A stretch of 64,000 nt of DNA from Paraspadella gotoi (GCA_051294375.1 CM119268.1:17300502-17364501), one strand, 5' to 3'; positions 42,301 through 64,000 are shown, counted from the first letter of the stretch. Translations and numbers: made by a program. Notes: generated by a model not told the origin, from the letters alone.

Positions 42301-42458
42301 CTGCACCAGAATCGAGGCTGGTACGTTGCCATGGAGTTGCCGAAGTAGAGAAAGCAAGAACAGGCGTTGGCCAGCATGTGGACGATCCAGATGCCCATGG
42401 GAAACCAACCGCAGACACCCAAGGAGATGTAGAGAGCGTCGAGCTCCTTGGCACCCAT
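39354..42458 (-). CDS. SLC22 / organic cation transporter-like MFS transporter, 7 coding exons
   Basis: Exons on the minus strand: 42458-41920, 41764-41713, 41573-41485, 41371-41177, 40722-40260, 39802-39617, 39563-39354, with phases that join in frame. SLC22 motifs present: large Cys-containing first loop, SMASEWGLVCD, GYLSDKFGRRRV, RFFLG, VPETPPWLIKKGR, QEAFPTLIRARA, VPETKGRPLPQS. Confidence 0.93.
39838..40042 (+). mobile_element. Second copy of the same repeat (intron 5 of the SLC22 gene), internally deleted across the ribozyme cleavage site
   Basis: Aligns to the 40885 copy but jumps from ..GTCGCCTAGC directly to CTGTAAC.., a deletion at a GC microhomology. Keeps P3, P4 and the 3' tail. 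Confidence 0.85.
40885..41107 (+). mobile_element. tRNA-head / twister-like SINE-type repeat, copy with complete ribozyme part (intron 4 of the SLC22 gene, antisense to it)
   Basis: Shares TATGGTGGACTAAAATCCACC..GTTCATCAGCGGCCATTGGTGCC..GGTTCTAGCCC.. with the 19066 and 39838 copies, and the 3' end ..TGAACGGTTCTGTC..ACTGTCTCTTCA with the 39838 copy. Has a short deletion in the anticodon region. Confidence 0.85.
40981..41056 (+). ncRNA. Candidate twister self-cleaving ribozyme, P5-type circular permutation
   Basis: Ordered elements: P5 AGCAGTT(40981-87)/AACTGCT(41050-56); GA(40994-95) then CGG(40996-98); U^AA(41005-07); CCC; GC(41011-12); P3 CTGTAAC/GTTACAG; P4 CCTGA/TCAGG enclosing loop T-CCG-AA-GC. 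T1 pseudoknot is CCG/CGG and T2 is GC/GC. P2 needs a bulge and P1 is only ~2 bp. Confidence 0.6.
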
Positions 42459-43211
42459 GGTCGCATTGGTCACTGGACGTGGAGATTGACGAGGACAGGT
42501 CCTAGAACATTTTTGAATCAAGTCGTTTTAGTTTTTTTTTTTTTTTTTGAAGAAGAAGAAGATAAAAACCGGTTTTTATAAAAGAAACTCGTTTTAATTC
42601 ACTTCAAAAAGAGATAAAGAGGAATCAGATGGGAAAAAAAATTCTGAAGTAGTTTCAGTTTAGTCTGAAGTAACTTAAAATGAAATTACGTTTCGTTACA
42701 CCTCCCGAAGATAATAAAGAAATTTTTATGTAAGAGTTCGAAGGTTATCGATCAAATACAGTAATCATGTTTTTTTTTTAAGTTTCAATGTTTTTTCAAT
42801 CGTGTTACGTACTTTTAAATGGTTAACGAAATGAAATGAACTGTATGTAAAAATAATGAAAGAAAAAAAGAAACTAATCAAGAAAGAAAGATATAAAATT
42901 TTACAACTAAACCACGATAATATTTCCACGAAGAATTTTATCTAATTTTAAGTTGATCGAACTAATTTATAAAGGAAGATTAAAAAAACTAAAAAAACTT
43001 AAAAAAAAAAGATTATTCCAAATTTCTATGTGATTTCGATCTTGCCGCCTGCAAATCCCAACGTCCCTTTCTCGACTTTCTCTGGCTAAAATTTGTCGAG
43101 GGATTCGATGCTTCTTAGCCTTTGACCGTCAGAGGGAGCAAAGGGTCAAGCGGGATAGACCGACGACGACTGAGACTGAGGCTGAAACGGAGAGGACGAG
43201 AGACGATCGAG

Positions 43212-43295
<84 letters not shown>

Positions 43296-44322
43296 TTACC
43301 CTAAAAATTTTAAACTCATTATTTTCTCTCTTGTCTTGACTAACAGGCCGGGTCAAGAATCCCCTGACGACTTTTCTTTCACGCGCCTGATGAGTTTCCT
43401 TTTTGGATGTTTTCGCTTTCGCGTCTCATCGTTCGGTTCTCGTTAGTGAGACGAGGCCTTTTGTTTTTCGCGATTTCTCGAGGAGGCTAAGGTGGCGCTG
43501 ATCACGTGATTAACCATTTGCCTTGTCTAAGCTAAGTTAAATTAGTAATTTAGTATGTATTTGTCTTTTAGTTGCGCCGCTAAAACTCTTCGGAGCTACA
43601 CGTGACATTTCGGTCGGTCAGTTGGTCGCTTGGTATGTCTGTCTATCCGTCGGTCTGTCCTACTTACATTTTTAATGCTTATAAGTTATAACTCGTGGAA
43701 AACTACACTTGTATACACGTTTGTTAGTCACGTTATCATTCGAAGATGCATCGACGAAAGAAATTCATTGTTAACTTTTAAACTATTACACGTTTTTGGC
43801 AAAACGAACAGTACACACTGCTAAAACGTTTTCGCAAAATTTTCTTTTTTCCCCCCGTTTTTTGATTCTTCCTTTATACTTCCTCTTGGCCAATGACCGG
43901 TCGAGTTTCCACCGTTAAAGCTTCGAGCTTTTTTTGTTTCTACGCTTTCAACATCCAACTCAATCTTTCTTTTGCGATTGAAAAGTTTTTTTTGCTCTCA
44001 AAGAAAATCTTTTTCCTCAAATCTCTAACTAAACCGACTGTTTCAAATGCTAAGATTAAAGCCCGACTGCTACTTTGTACTCTGAACATAATCTTTCTTC
44101 GTCGTCGTACAAACAGTTTGCTGCCCTATCCCTGGTCCTAAGCAATCGCTTGGCAAGCGCGCGATTTGTATTTTCTCTCCGTTTAAAAACGGAAAAAGAG
44201 CTATTCTGTAGAGCATACTGACGTCACCAAGCAATTTTGCGTTTCATGCGAAATCCCGATTTAAAAAGAAAATCCGAGCGAAGATTGGAAAAAAAAATTG
44301 TCTCAGAAGTTTTGAGGGAGAA

Positions 44323-44465
44323 TGGGTGTGGCATAGTGAGGTTCTGTGTGGTAGTGTGACGATATAAAGATTGGGTGTGGCTAGTGAGGTTCTGTGTGGC
44401 AGTGTGACGATATAAAGATTGGGTGTGGCTAGTGAGGTTCTGTGTGGCAGTGTGACGATATAAAG
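44323..44465 (+). repeat. 48-bp minisatellite, ~3 copies
   Basis: TTGGGTGTGGCTAGTGAGGTTCTGTGTGGCAGTGTGACGATATAAAGA repeated in tandem. Confidence 0.9.
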
Positions 44466-45020
44466 TGGTGCGAGGATTCCGTGCGATGGCTCAGGCGAGA
44501 GTGAGTCGAGGATGGATTGGGTTTCGAAGAGAGTGGCGGCGTTGAAGCAAGTTATGGGTGACATTATTGAAATGAAAATGTGGGTGACGGTATTGAAAAG
44601 TATGTCACATTTTTAGTGGATGACATTTACTCAAAAACTTGTTCAATTTTTGAAAAATCAGAATGTTTCAGAATCTATATTAAATATTTTTTTCAGTAGC
44701 TTCGTTCTATTTTTTTCGTAGGTCAAATTATTTAAAAGTTAGAGGCAAAAAAATATCACTACCTCAAGTTAAAAANNNNNNNNNNTTCTTTCTATTTTTT
44801 TCGTAGGTCAAATTATTTAAAAGTTACAGGCAAAAAAATATCACTACCTCAAGTTAAAAATGAAAAAAAAACCAACTAATTTAGCGATGACGCGAAAATA
44901 TAAATCAGAGCCACAGAGAGAGATACGGACGGAATGTTTTTCAACATTACGTTCGTATGTTGTCTTTGGGTGTAAATTGGGGAGAAGAGATTTTAGGGAG
45001 ATATTAGGAGAGAGGAAGAG

Positions 45021-53931
<8,911 letters not shown>

Positions 53932-54973
53932 GCTACCAAACAAAAAAACAAACAAACGAAAACAAACGAACGAAAATGTTGAAAAAACATCCGTTCCGTG
54001 ATGTTACCTTTATCAGCGTTTAGGTATTTTAATATTATTTTTAGTATGTATTTAAGTTTAATGCCTAATTAATAACTCACCTCGCTCTCTAGTAGACACA
54101 AGCGCAATTGACCTGGAATGACGTGAGTGCGCGAAAACCTCACGGCCCTCTTTGGCGCCAATCTGGGCACGTGAGACGCGCACGATCCCGCGCCAAATGT
54201 GAAGTGTCGGCCTCGTTTTCGCCTCCATTTTATCAAGAGGAGCTGAAGGAATGACAACAACGACGACGACGAAAACTTCAGCAAGAACAACTAGGAATAT
54301 CCTTGGAACGACTTTGAGAATGAATGCAACAAGGAGAACAACCTCGGTAACAACCCATTTAGAGATTGCCAAAAAATTTACGTTCTCCTAGATTTTCTCG
54401 GGTTCTCCACTTCTAGTGGAAATGCCTATTAACACGCGGCTTTCCCGATTCTGAGAAAAAGAAGGACGATGAAAAATGGGAGGCGAGTTGGGTGGATGGG
54501 TGGAAGTCGAGGGTGGGAAAAGGGGGAAACTGGGTGGGGTAGAATCACGGGTGGCGTTGTAAGAAAAAAGGTGGGTAAAAGTAGGGAGAGGAGGGAAGGA
54601 AGAATTCAACGCTTTGTGAAGGAAAGAAAAAAAAGTTAGTTCGTTTACTTGCGAGTGAAAAATTGCACAGAATGAAATGAAGCATCTGGAAAGAAAAAAA
54701 AAGAATTGGGGAAAAAAATGAAAAAAGTTATACATACTAAAAAAGAGACATGATATAAAGTTTTTATAAACACACAAACATTTTAGTTAGTTACTCTATT
54801 TGAAATTAAAGCAACCTAATAAAAAGAATGAAACTAAAACGGCGATAAACGAAAAAAGGAGGAGAAAATTGCCTTACAAAAAAAGTTTAAGCGAAGGGGA
54901 AAAAAATTTTTCGATTTTCATATCCTGACTGGAGATTATCTAACTCTGTTCCTTCTCTTTTTAGCATGAGACA

Positions 54974-55109
<136 letters not shown>

Positions 55110-56160
55110 TGCAAAGCTAAAAACCGGAATGTTTTGAGGAAAACTGTTGTTGTTTTGGTTTTTTCTGGAATCAAGTCCCCGAATCGTCGAACCGAAAAAA
55201 ATTTTGAGTTTTTTGAAAACTCGCATCGAGTTTTGTCCTTTTGGTTTTTAAAAGTGGAACATCTGGATTGGACCAATCATTGGACCAATCATTGGTATAT
55301 TCTTTACGGTAAACCGACGCACTGGATCGCGTGATTAAGAGATTAGGAGACGTGCGAGGATTAACTTTATAATTTTAACTTGTTGAATTTGTTTATTTCG
55401 AATATATCAAACCCTCCATTGAGCTATCGAAAAATACGAAGATTTTTCTCCCCTTGATCCATAGTGAATTCATCTAACTCCAACATAAACTCATAATCCG
55501 GCCTCTGTCCTTTTTTTATAGATCAAAAGTTGAATGACCCTCGCTAATCTCTTTGTACTAAATTTGTTTTTGGCCTCTTTATCTTTCGGCCACCCAAAGT
55601 CGGATCAAACCGAAGATCAAACGATCGAAAAATTCATTCATTCATTCATTCATTCATTCATTCATCTCGAAACCAAATGTTGATCTTATCCAAATTTTAT
55701 CGACACTCTTTCTTGTAATACTTTATTTTCGTTAAATTTTTTTTCGATGTTGACACGATGACTTGCGTAACTCTTCCGTACGTGAATCTTCAAAAAATAA
55801 TTTTCTCTAAACACATTTGCCCCTTCGTTAATTTTTATTTTCGAACGAAAGATATTTTAATCTTTTGTTTTTTAGTTCTTAAAAAAAATTGAATATCGTT
55901 CTTTCACGTGAAATGGCTCCACTCGCGCAAGGATTGCAGAATGAATTGAAAATGGCCTCCGCAAGCATTTCGCCTTTTTATTTGCCCAAGGAGGCAACGT
56001 GATTCGGCTACAACAACAACGACAATGATGAAGACGTCAACCGAGAAAGCGAACTTCCGAAAACATGATCGTGTTGAGGCCCAGGAACAGAATCCATCAT
56101 GAAGATGTTTTCACGGTATTTTTCCCTCGAATGTTTCTCTAATCATCTCTCTCTCTCTCG

Positions 56161-56269
<109 letters not shown>

Positions 56270-56778
56270 CGTAAAAAGCAAAAGGAACATACGTAGGTTT
56301 TTTCCGCCGTTGAATGCCTTAATCGCTCATGAAAAATATTCGATCTTCAATTCTTCTTAAAACCATTTTTTTTCTCTATTCTTCATTGTCACGACGTCTG
56401 TTTATCTTTCATTATAACTCACTTCGCCTGATTTCAAATTAGAAAAAAAAAGCTTTCAAGAAAATGAGTTTTTTTTTCCGCAATTTGAAAAAAAAAAAAG
56501 AATAAAAAAGAAATCGGCTCACATCGTAATTAAAGAATTGGTCTGAGATCGTAGACAATTCTCTCGACCGTGATTTTTTTTCTTATTCTTAATTTTTTCT
56601 CTCTTTTCCATTTTGTTTTTTATTCCCCTTTTTATTCCTTTTTTTTATATTTTTTCCCTTTTTCTTTTCCTTTGTCAAAACTTTTTTTTCTTATTTTCCT
56701 TCTTGCCTTATTTCTTCACATTTTCCAATCTTGCCGGATATGGATTTCTGCTGTACAATCGCCTGATTAAAAATTCTA

Positions 56779-56903
<125 letters not shown>

Positions 56904-58263
56904 GCAATCGGCCTCGATGGCTTCTGTCTCGATTCAGCCAAGAATTTAATTTTCAAATTTTTAACTTTCGAGAGAAACTTTTCTCTCTTATTTCGAAGCC
57001 TCTGATCAATTTTGTTCGTCGTTTTCGCAAAAACTCAGTTGGCATGGTCATCTCACAATATTTAATTCTATACGAAATTACGAATTACACTCCATGAAAA
57101 TGCAATAATAAAGACGAAATTAAAAAAAAAGGTTCCCAATCTAAAATTCAGTTGCGACCTTCTGGCTAAAAATCGGATTACATATAATCCCAAGTTTTAG
57201 TAGAATTACTACAATGAACGTTTTTCGTAGCGAGAAACATGACTCATAGAAACATAGAAAGCTAAATCATGGTTTGTGTTTCATTAACCAAGTAAAATCA
57301 CATGGCCGACCGATGTTTTAAAAGTCTATGTATTCCGGCCTTTCTCTCTCTTTCACTTTCCCTCTCTCTCTCTTTCTCTCTCTCCCTTTCTCTGTCTCAT
57401 ATCGATTGCACGATTCCCGGTCATTTGTTTCCATGGCAACCCATCGTAACCTGCATTTCCTTGACAACCGGTCGGGCCTTACGTCAGGACGAAATAACGG
57501 ATAAGGCGAGCCGAGTACAGTTTTCAACGCGTCTCCATCTCTGTCTGTCTGGCGCTCTCTCTCCATGTTTTTTTTTTCTCTTTTTCTGTCGGCACCTTTA
57601 ATGTTTTTGTAAGCGCAGGTTGAAGCTTTTTTTTTTTAATCTATGTCCCCATCTCGATTTCTATTCATTCTATAAATAATTTAATAGAAAAAGAACAAAG
57701 GAGTCGCGCGATTTCTCTCTCTCTCTTTTTCTCTCTTTCTCTCTCCCCATCATTTTCTCTATTTGTTTCTTCCTCTCTCTCTTTTTCCATTTCTCTCTTT
57801 CCCCCTTCTTCTCTTCATTGTTTCTCTTTCTTTCTTTCTCTTTTTCTCTCTCCCACTTTTTTTCTTTTTCTCTTTCTTTCTCTCAATTCTCTTTCGTGTT
57901 ATGAAATCTCGCTGTTTTAATTTGCATAATAAAGAGGTCCCTTCTGGAAGACGTCTTGAAATTTGTGATTATTAGATTTCGCGACGATGTTGAATGTCGA
58001 TTCATTGCCTTTCTTTTTTTTTTCTTCTTTCTTTGAATATTTCGCTATTCATTTCGTTGACAGACGAATTTTTTTGGAATCTTTACACAATTTTTTTTTA
58101 TTTCATGAATTTTTAAACTTTTGAAAGTCTAAAACTGTATATTTCACTCCCCCCTCCCAAATAAACTTTCTATCCTTCATCTAAAATCGTCGTCGCCATC
58201 TTTGATCCCATTTTTAAATATCTCGACTTCTGACAGACGCTGTTCCTTTTTTTTTTCTTCCTT

Positions 58264-58356
<93 letters not shown>

Positions 58357-58665
58357 ACTTTAAATAAGAAGCTCGTCGGCTGATCTCGTATTAAGTTTGA
58401 TTGGTTGGCATTGCCACTCGACGCCACTCGACGCCACTCGATCCATTAAAAATGAAAGAAACTTAATCCTCGGAGATTCGGAGGAAAGGAGATTGCATGA
58501 TGACGCGAATGATTTCGGGTTTTGGTGAAATGGGAGGAATCAAGGAGAAGAAAAAAAGAAGAAAAAATTAGGAATGAAAAGAAGGACGAAGTAAAAAGGA
58601 ATTAAAGAGACCTCACATTATTTCATTCACTAACTTTCTCACTTTCCGCTTCCTTTACACAACAG

Positions 58666-59212
58666 GGGACTCTCCAACGACCGACCTACGAGCCGAACAA
58701 CTACGGAACCGACACCCGGAAGCAGCATCCGCGATCCTCGGCGCTGGCGGCCGTCGGCGGCGGCGTCGGCGGCGTCGGCAGCGGCGGCCAGCGTCTGCAG
58801 TTGACCGGCGTCGTTGACGACCTCGGCGACGGCGACTTCGGCGGCGCGGATTTATCCGACGTCAGCGGCGTCGGCGACGCTGGCGGCGCCGCTGCCGACT
58901 CCCGCGTTCACCAAATCCCTGCGGCGGCGGCGCCGTCGTCGAAACCTTCGTCGCCCGCCGACGCTCGGTCAGCGCTCCGGTCCGACGGCGTCGGCTCGAG
59001 GAAGCCTTCCTACCTCAACGGACCCCTGCAGCAGAATCAGCTGCAGCAGCTGCAGCAGCAGCGTCATTCGCAGCTTCAGCTCCGGCACGCGCATTCCGCC
59101 CGCTCCACGCGCAGCGCCGCCTCCTCGCACAAGCGAAGCATCTGGGAGCGCGTCCCGCATTTGAGAACCATAATCGCCTTCTTCTCCTTGGGGGCTGTGA
59201 TCACCGTGGCGG
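58666..59212 (+). CDS. Internal coding exon of an unidentified protein (Gly/Ala/Gln/Ser-rich disordered region followed by the start of a hydrophobic, TM-like segment)
   Basis: GC-rich island with a strong acceptor (branch-like cactaac, pyrimidine tract, acag at 58665) and donor G|GTGAGA at 59213. The frame is open: GTLQRPTYEPNNYG...QQNQLQQLQQQ...SIWERVPHLRTIIAFFSLGAVITVAG. The other exons were not identified. Confidence 0.7.
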
Positions 59213-59367
59213 GTGAGAAAAGGGAAATGGGGTTGGTGATTATGTGAGGCTGTGATCACCGTGGCGGGTGAGAAAAGGGAAATGGGGTTGGTGATTATGT
59301 TAGGCTGTAATCACCGTGGCGGTTGAGAAAGGGGAAAAGGGGTGGGTGATTCTGTGGGGCTGTAAGT
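59193..59367 (+). repeat. 55-bp tandem repeat (3 copies plus a partial) spanning an exon/intron junction
   Basis: Unit GGCTGTGATCACCGTGGCGGGTGAGAAAAGGGAAATGGGGTTGGTGATTATGTGA starts at 59193, 59248 and 59303, with a partial copy at 59358. Confidence 0.9.
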
Positions 59368-59399
59368 TACTTAAGCTCTGAATGATGAGAAAATGATGA

Positions 59400-60720
59400 G
59401 TAATAAGTTAAGTACTAAAGTTAAATAAATTAAAACAAAGTCAGTAAAAATAGGAGGAAATGGCGATGTATCAGTTTACATAAACTTGAGGAAAGACGAG
59501 GAAAGAATGATAAAATTTTCAGCGGAGAAGAAAAAGAGGAAAAAGAGATAAAGATAAAAAAAACTGTGGTACATAGATAGGATAAAATTAAAATGAAAAG
59601 TAAAGATTCAATTGAACGAAAGAAATTGGCGATTGAAGAAGTTTAAAAGGAATATTTTTAGAATCAAGTATTAAGTAGAAAGACATCAGAGGAAGATTGA
59701 ATAACTATTTGAAAAAATCTTTATTGAAAGGAATTTGAGAAAAGAGAATGAGGGACGAAATTTCTTGGTTACAATGATGAGGAAAGAAGGTAAAAGGAAA
59801 GCGATGGAGAAAAAAATAATAGTAACTAGGATTACGATCTCTCGTTTGGGTCCAACCAAATGGGGTCAATGAGGAAACCTTGGAACCAGTATCGCAAGTG
59901 GAACCTGAGATGCGATTAGGATGAAAGGGGGAATTTTCCAAGGTGGAAAGCGAGAATGCTAAACCATCCAAACTTTAGGGTAGGAAAAGCGGATTTGAGA
60001 AAAGGGAGATGGAGAATTCGTTTAGGGAAGCCGAGACGGGGGCGCATGCTAATTAGCACTAAAATAAAAAAACGCCCATCAGTAGAGCTTTTTTGTTTTA
60101 TAAGGAAAAATGGGGGGGGAAAATTCAAGTGTGAAAGGAGTTTCATTGTCGGATGAGGTGAAACGGTTTGAATAAATAGCTTTGTAATTACTAGAGTGAG
60201 AATGTCGGAGTTTTTACAATGATATGGAATGGAGCCTGAAAAATAGTACATGACAAAGAACTAACTCTAGTAAATGCGAAATAAAGAGTAACCTAGGCTT
60301 GGGCAGTAAAAAGGCTAAGAGAACGGTAATATATATCGTCTCCTACAGCTGAAAGTAAAACAGTTTCAGGTGTTGAAAAAGAAAATTTTTTTTCATCGCT
60401 TTTGCCTTCCGTATAATTAACGCCAAAAAAAAAGACCCCTGAATTTGGGTGGAGAAGTTGAGTCAGTAAAAGAAATAGGAAAAGAAAGAAGTACACTGTG
60501 TGGTCTTAAAGAGTGACAAGCGAACAAAGAGAAAAAAGGAAGAAATAAAATGAGTTAAAGAAACCACATCTGGTGAAAACCCAGATTTTTCGGAAAAGAG
60601 TCGTGATGGGGGAGAGCAGAGGGAGGGCGGGAAAGTAACGAGAAATGTGTTCATTCGGAATTTTGATATCAAAGTGATTCCGCGTTGGAACCGAGGTGAA
60701 GGACGTGAGGACTCACGCAA
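59400..60720 (-). mobile_element. Highly degenerate non-LTR retrotransposon (LINE) reverse-transcriptase 3' fragment
   Basis: Strong strand skew. Minus-strand fragments appear in RT order: RGITLISKFRMNTFLVTFP (cf. QGSVLSPLLFNIYVNDLP), LSLFKTTQC (cf. LNxxKT), VTLYFAFTR (cf. LTLYxAxIRS), LLSHLNFPP. Stops and frameshifts are present. Matches were judged by eye only. Confidence 0.4.
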
Positions 60721-60903
60721 AATATGTAGTTTCCATAAAGAACAACAATCACAACAACAACATAGATCCGGCTCAAACCCGAACCCGTTAAAAGGAAAAT
60801 ATTATTAAGCATTTTCTCAATATTATCTACAATATTAGACTTCTCTTATCTACAATATTAGAATTCTCAGCCCTATCATCTATTTTCCACTATACTTGAC
60901 CAG

Positions 60904-61534
60904 TAAGGCGTAGTAAAATTCTTAAGTTTAACTTTAATTAAAATTCTAAAGGTAAAGAACGAACAACATTATACTCATGAACATTTATGTAATAAAAAAA
61001 TTTATAATAAATTTTACAATTTACGCAGTAGGCCTAAATGAATAATAGTTAAAATTTCAAAACAGTTTTTTCTAAGATTTTTTTGCAGATTTGGATTCGT
61101 CATAAAAAGTTGATAAAAAGAAATACAACTCTTTTTGAAAAATTCCTTCATTAAGTGGGTCAAAAATTAGAAAAAGCTATATTTTAAACTGAAAATCAAC
61201 TTTTTATATATTAAAATTAATTTAAATTTTAATTTTAATTTTAATTTAAATACAGTTTTTTAAATTTTTAACCTACTTAATGAAAGAATTTTTTAAAATG
61301 ATTTATATTTTCTTTTATCAACTTTTAACGAGGAATTCAAATCTGCAATAAAAATTAAGAAAAGCCTATTTTGAAATTTTTTGATTTTATAAGGATAGTA
61401 CTATATATAAATATAGCCTACTGCGAAAATTAAAAAACATAAAATTAATTTTTTTTACAAATTAATGTTCACTGATGGTATGTTGTTCATAATTGACTTT
61501 TAGAATTTTTGTATGTAACTTTCACTACGCCTTA
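60904..61534. mobile_element. Fold-back MITE (non-autonomous DNA transposon, hAT-like ends) with 8-bp TSD
   Basis: Ends TAAGGCGTAGT.../...ACTACGCCTTA. The two halves are imperfect reverse complements around ~61220. Flanked by the exact direct repeat TTGACCAG (60896-60903 and 61535-61542). A partial second copy starts at 63556, inside the inverted duplication. Confidence 0.8.
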
Positions 61535-61776
61535 TTGACCAGTCAATGACCACGACCCTTTTTTTTAACATTGACTCCAACCTGTACCACCAAATTGACC
61601 CTGACCACTTACCCACTCTCCCTCCCCACCTGACCTTACTTAATCCTCCCCCCATCAACTCGCGACTCCAGTCTCTAACAAGGTCGAATCGCCGAACTAA
61701 AAACTCGCGTTCGACCAAGACGAGTTATATCGCCTTACACGTGACCCTGAACGCAAAAGACCCCGGATTATGAGTG

Positions 61777-61858
<82 letters not shown>

Positions 61859-62060
61859 TCAAACCAGTCCTTGCTCTTAGAGAAACCTTTCAAATGATAG
61901 ACAGAGAGCGAGAAAGTGAAAGCAACCGAGAAAGAAGGAGAGAGAGCGAGATATCGTCTCTTCAACAATCGTCCTTTTGAATTGGAGCAGCGAAGTTGCA
62001 AGAGGTGACGCCTTTCTTTTATTCCGTAGTGACGGGAGTCTCATTTCACTTGCTTCTTCT

Positions 62061-62129
<69 letters not shown>

Positions 62130-62940
62130 CCTCCCTTTCAACCTCTTTTCCAATTATCGACCACGAATACCAGAAAAGGACTTTTTATCCTCGTTTTACT
62201 TTCCGAAGCGATTGACGATTATTCGAAGAACACACCGAACGAGAAAGCTAATTTATTTATTATTATATTTGTTTATTTATCAATTATTGCACTATTTAAA
62301 ACTGTTATTATTTTATAATTAAGAATAAAAAAATTAACTACTACTATCTTTATAAAAACAAACAAAACATCATAACGAAGATATTCAACTTTACCAAATC
62401 CTCTAAACCCCTTTTTTTTCAANNNNNNNNNNNNNNNNNNNNNNNNNGTTGTCGCCTCGGAACAGTTGGCGGCCGCAAGAAGGGTGACGTTGGTTATCAC
62501 AGAATTGAGAGTCGAAGTGGCGGTGGTGGCGTAGGCGTCGGCGAAGTTAAGCCAATCACGCAGAGGATGCCGCCTGAGGGGGGAGGGGGGGTGAGGGGTG
62601 GAGTGGGGGGCGGTGAGTGGGAGGGGGGCGTGGTGCGAGTTACGAGCGATGGTATTTGAAAAAAAAGGGGTTTAAGGATTTGGTAAAGTTGAATATCTTC
62701 GTTATGATGTTTTGTTTGTTTTATATAAGAATAGTAGTAGTTAATTTTTTATTCTTAATTATAAAAATAATAACAGTTTTAAATAGTGCAATAATTGATA
62801 AATAAACAAATATAATAATAAATAAATTAGCTTCTCGTTCGGTGTGTTTTCGAATAATCGTCAATCGCTTCGGAAAGTAAAACGAGGATAAAAAGTCCTT
62901 TTCTGGTATTCGTGGTCGATAATTGGAAAAGAGTTGAAGG

Positions 62941-63018
<78 letters not shown>

Positions 63019-63248
63019 AGAGAGAGAGAGAGAAGAAAGAAGAAGCGAGTGAAATGAGACTCCCGTCACTACGGAATAAAAGAAAGGCGTCACCTCTTGC
63101 AACTTCGCTGCTCCAATCAAAAGGCGATGTGTTGAAGAGACGATATCTCGCTCTCTCTCCTTCTTTCTCGGTTGCTTTCACTTTCTCGCTCTCTGTCTAT
63201 CATTTGAAAGGTTCTCTCTAAGAGCAAGACGGTTTTGACCCCTCTCCC

Positions 63249-63317
<69 letters not shown>

Positions 63318-64000
63318 CACTCATATCCGGGGTCTTTTGCGTTCAGGGTCACGTGTAAGGCGATATAACTCGTCTTGGTCGAACGCGAGTTTTTAGTTCG
63401 GCGATTCGACCTTGTTAGAGACTGGAGTCGCGAGTTGATGGGAAGTTAAAGGTAAGGTCAGGTGGGGAGGGAGAGTGGGTAAGTGGTCAGGGTCAATTTG
63501 GTGTACAGGTGGAGTCAAATGTTAAAAAAAAGGGTCGTGGTCATTGACTGGTCAATAAGGCGTAGTGAAAGTTACATACAAAAATTCTAAAAGTCAATTA
63601 TGAACAACATACCATCAGTGAACATTAATTTGTAAAAAAAATTAATTTTATGTTTTTTAATTTTCGCAGTAGGCTATATTTATATATAGTACTATCCTTA
63701 TAAAATCAAAAAATTTCAAAATAGGCTTTTCTTAATTTTATTGCAGATTTGAATTCCTCGTTAAAAGTTGATAAAAGAAAATATAAATCATTTTAAAAAA
63801 TTCTTTCATTAAGTAGGTAAAATTTAAAAAACGGTATTTAAATTAAAATTAAAATTAAAATTTAAATTAATTTTAATATATAAAAAGTTGATTTTCAGTT
63901 TAAAATATAGCTTTTTCTAATTTTTGACCCACTTAATGAAGGAATTTTCAAAAAGAGAGTTGTATTTCTTTTTATCAACTTTTATGACGAATCCAAATCT
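61087..64000. repeat. Near-palindromic inverted duplication: arms 61087-62422 and 62656-64000 (runs off the window)
   Basis: The window end is the reverse complement of sequence from 61087. The inner ends are CCCCTTTTTTTTCAA (62422) and TTGAAAAAAAAGGGG (62656). The spacer is an N gap plus ~210 GC-rich nt. Confidence 0.92.

Noticed and set aside
41943-42581. 212-aa plus-strand ORF (similarly 11459-11863 minus and 40219-40584 minus)
   Set aside because: Antisense or alternative-frame shadows of GC-rich SLC22 and CDO exons.
44323-44465. CRISPR-like array (also considered for 59193-59367 and 11788-11890)
   Set aside because: Head-to-tail repeats with no unique spacers, in intron-containing eukaryotic DNA with no cas genes.
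44706-44860. ~70-bp direct duplication
   Set aside because: The copies sit on either side of a 10-N gap, a typical unmerged contig overlap.

Overview
AT-rich, microsatellite-dense animal (eukaryotic) genomic DNA with five N gaps. Almost all ORFs in the supplied track are simple-repeat artefacts. Reading splice sites by hand gives a cysteine dioxygenase gene (+ strand, 9829-~11800/12125) and a 7-exon SLC22-type MFS transporter (- strand, 39354-42458) containing a probable GC-AG intron. There is also one large orphan coding exon (58666-59212) and a few weaker candidate exons. The most interesting element is a ~220-bp dispersed repeat with three copies (19066, 39838, 40885) and a distant relative near 8.1-8.3 kb. 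It joins a tRNA-like Pol III head to a sequence that folds as a circularly permuted (P5-type) twister self-cleaving ribozyme, making it a candidate ribozyme-carrying SINE. Other mobile DNA includes a 631-bp fold-back MITE with an exact 8-bp target-site duplication, a 240-bp TIR element, other tRNA-like SINE remnants and a very degenerate LINE RT-like fragment. Two multi-kb inverted duplications enclose N gaps and look like assembly artefacts. Everything was read by eye, with no searches or folding programs run.
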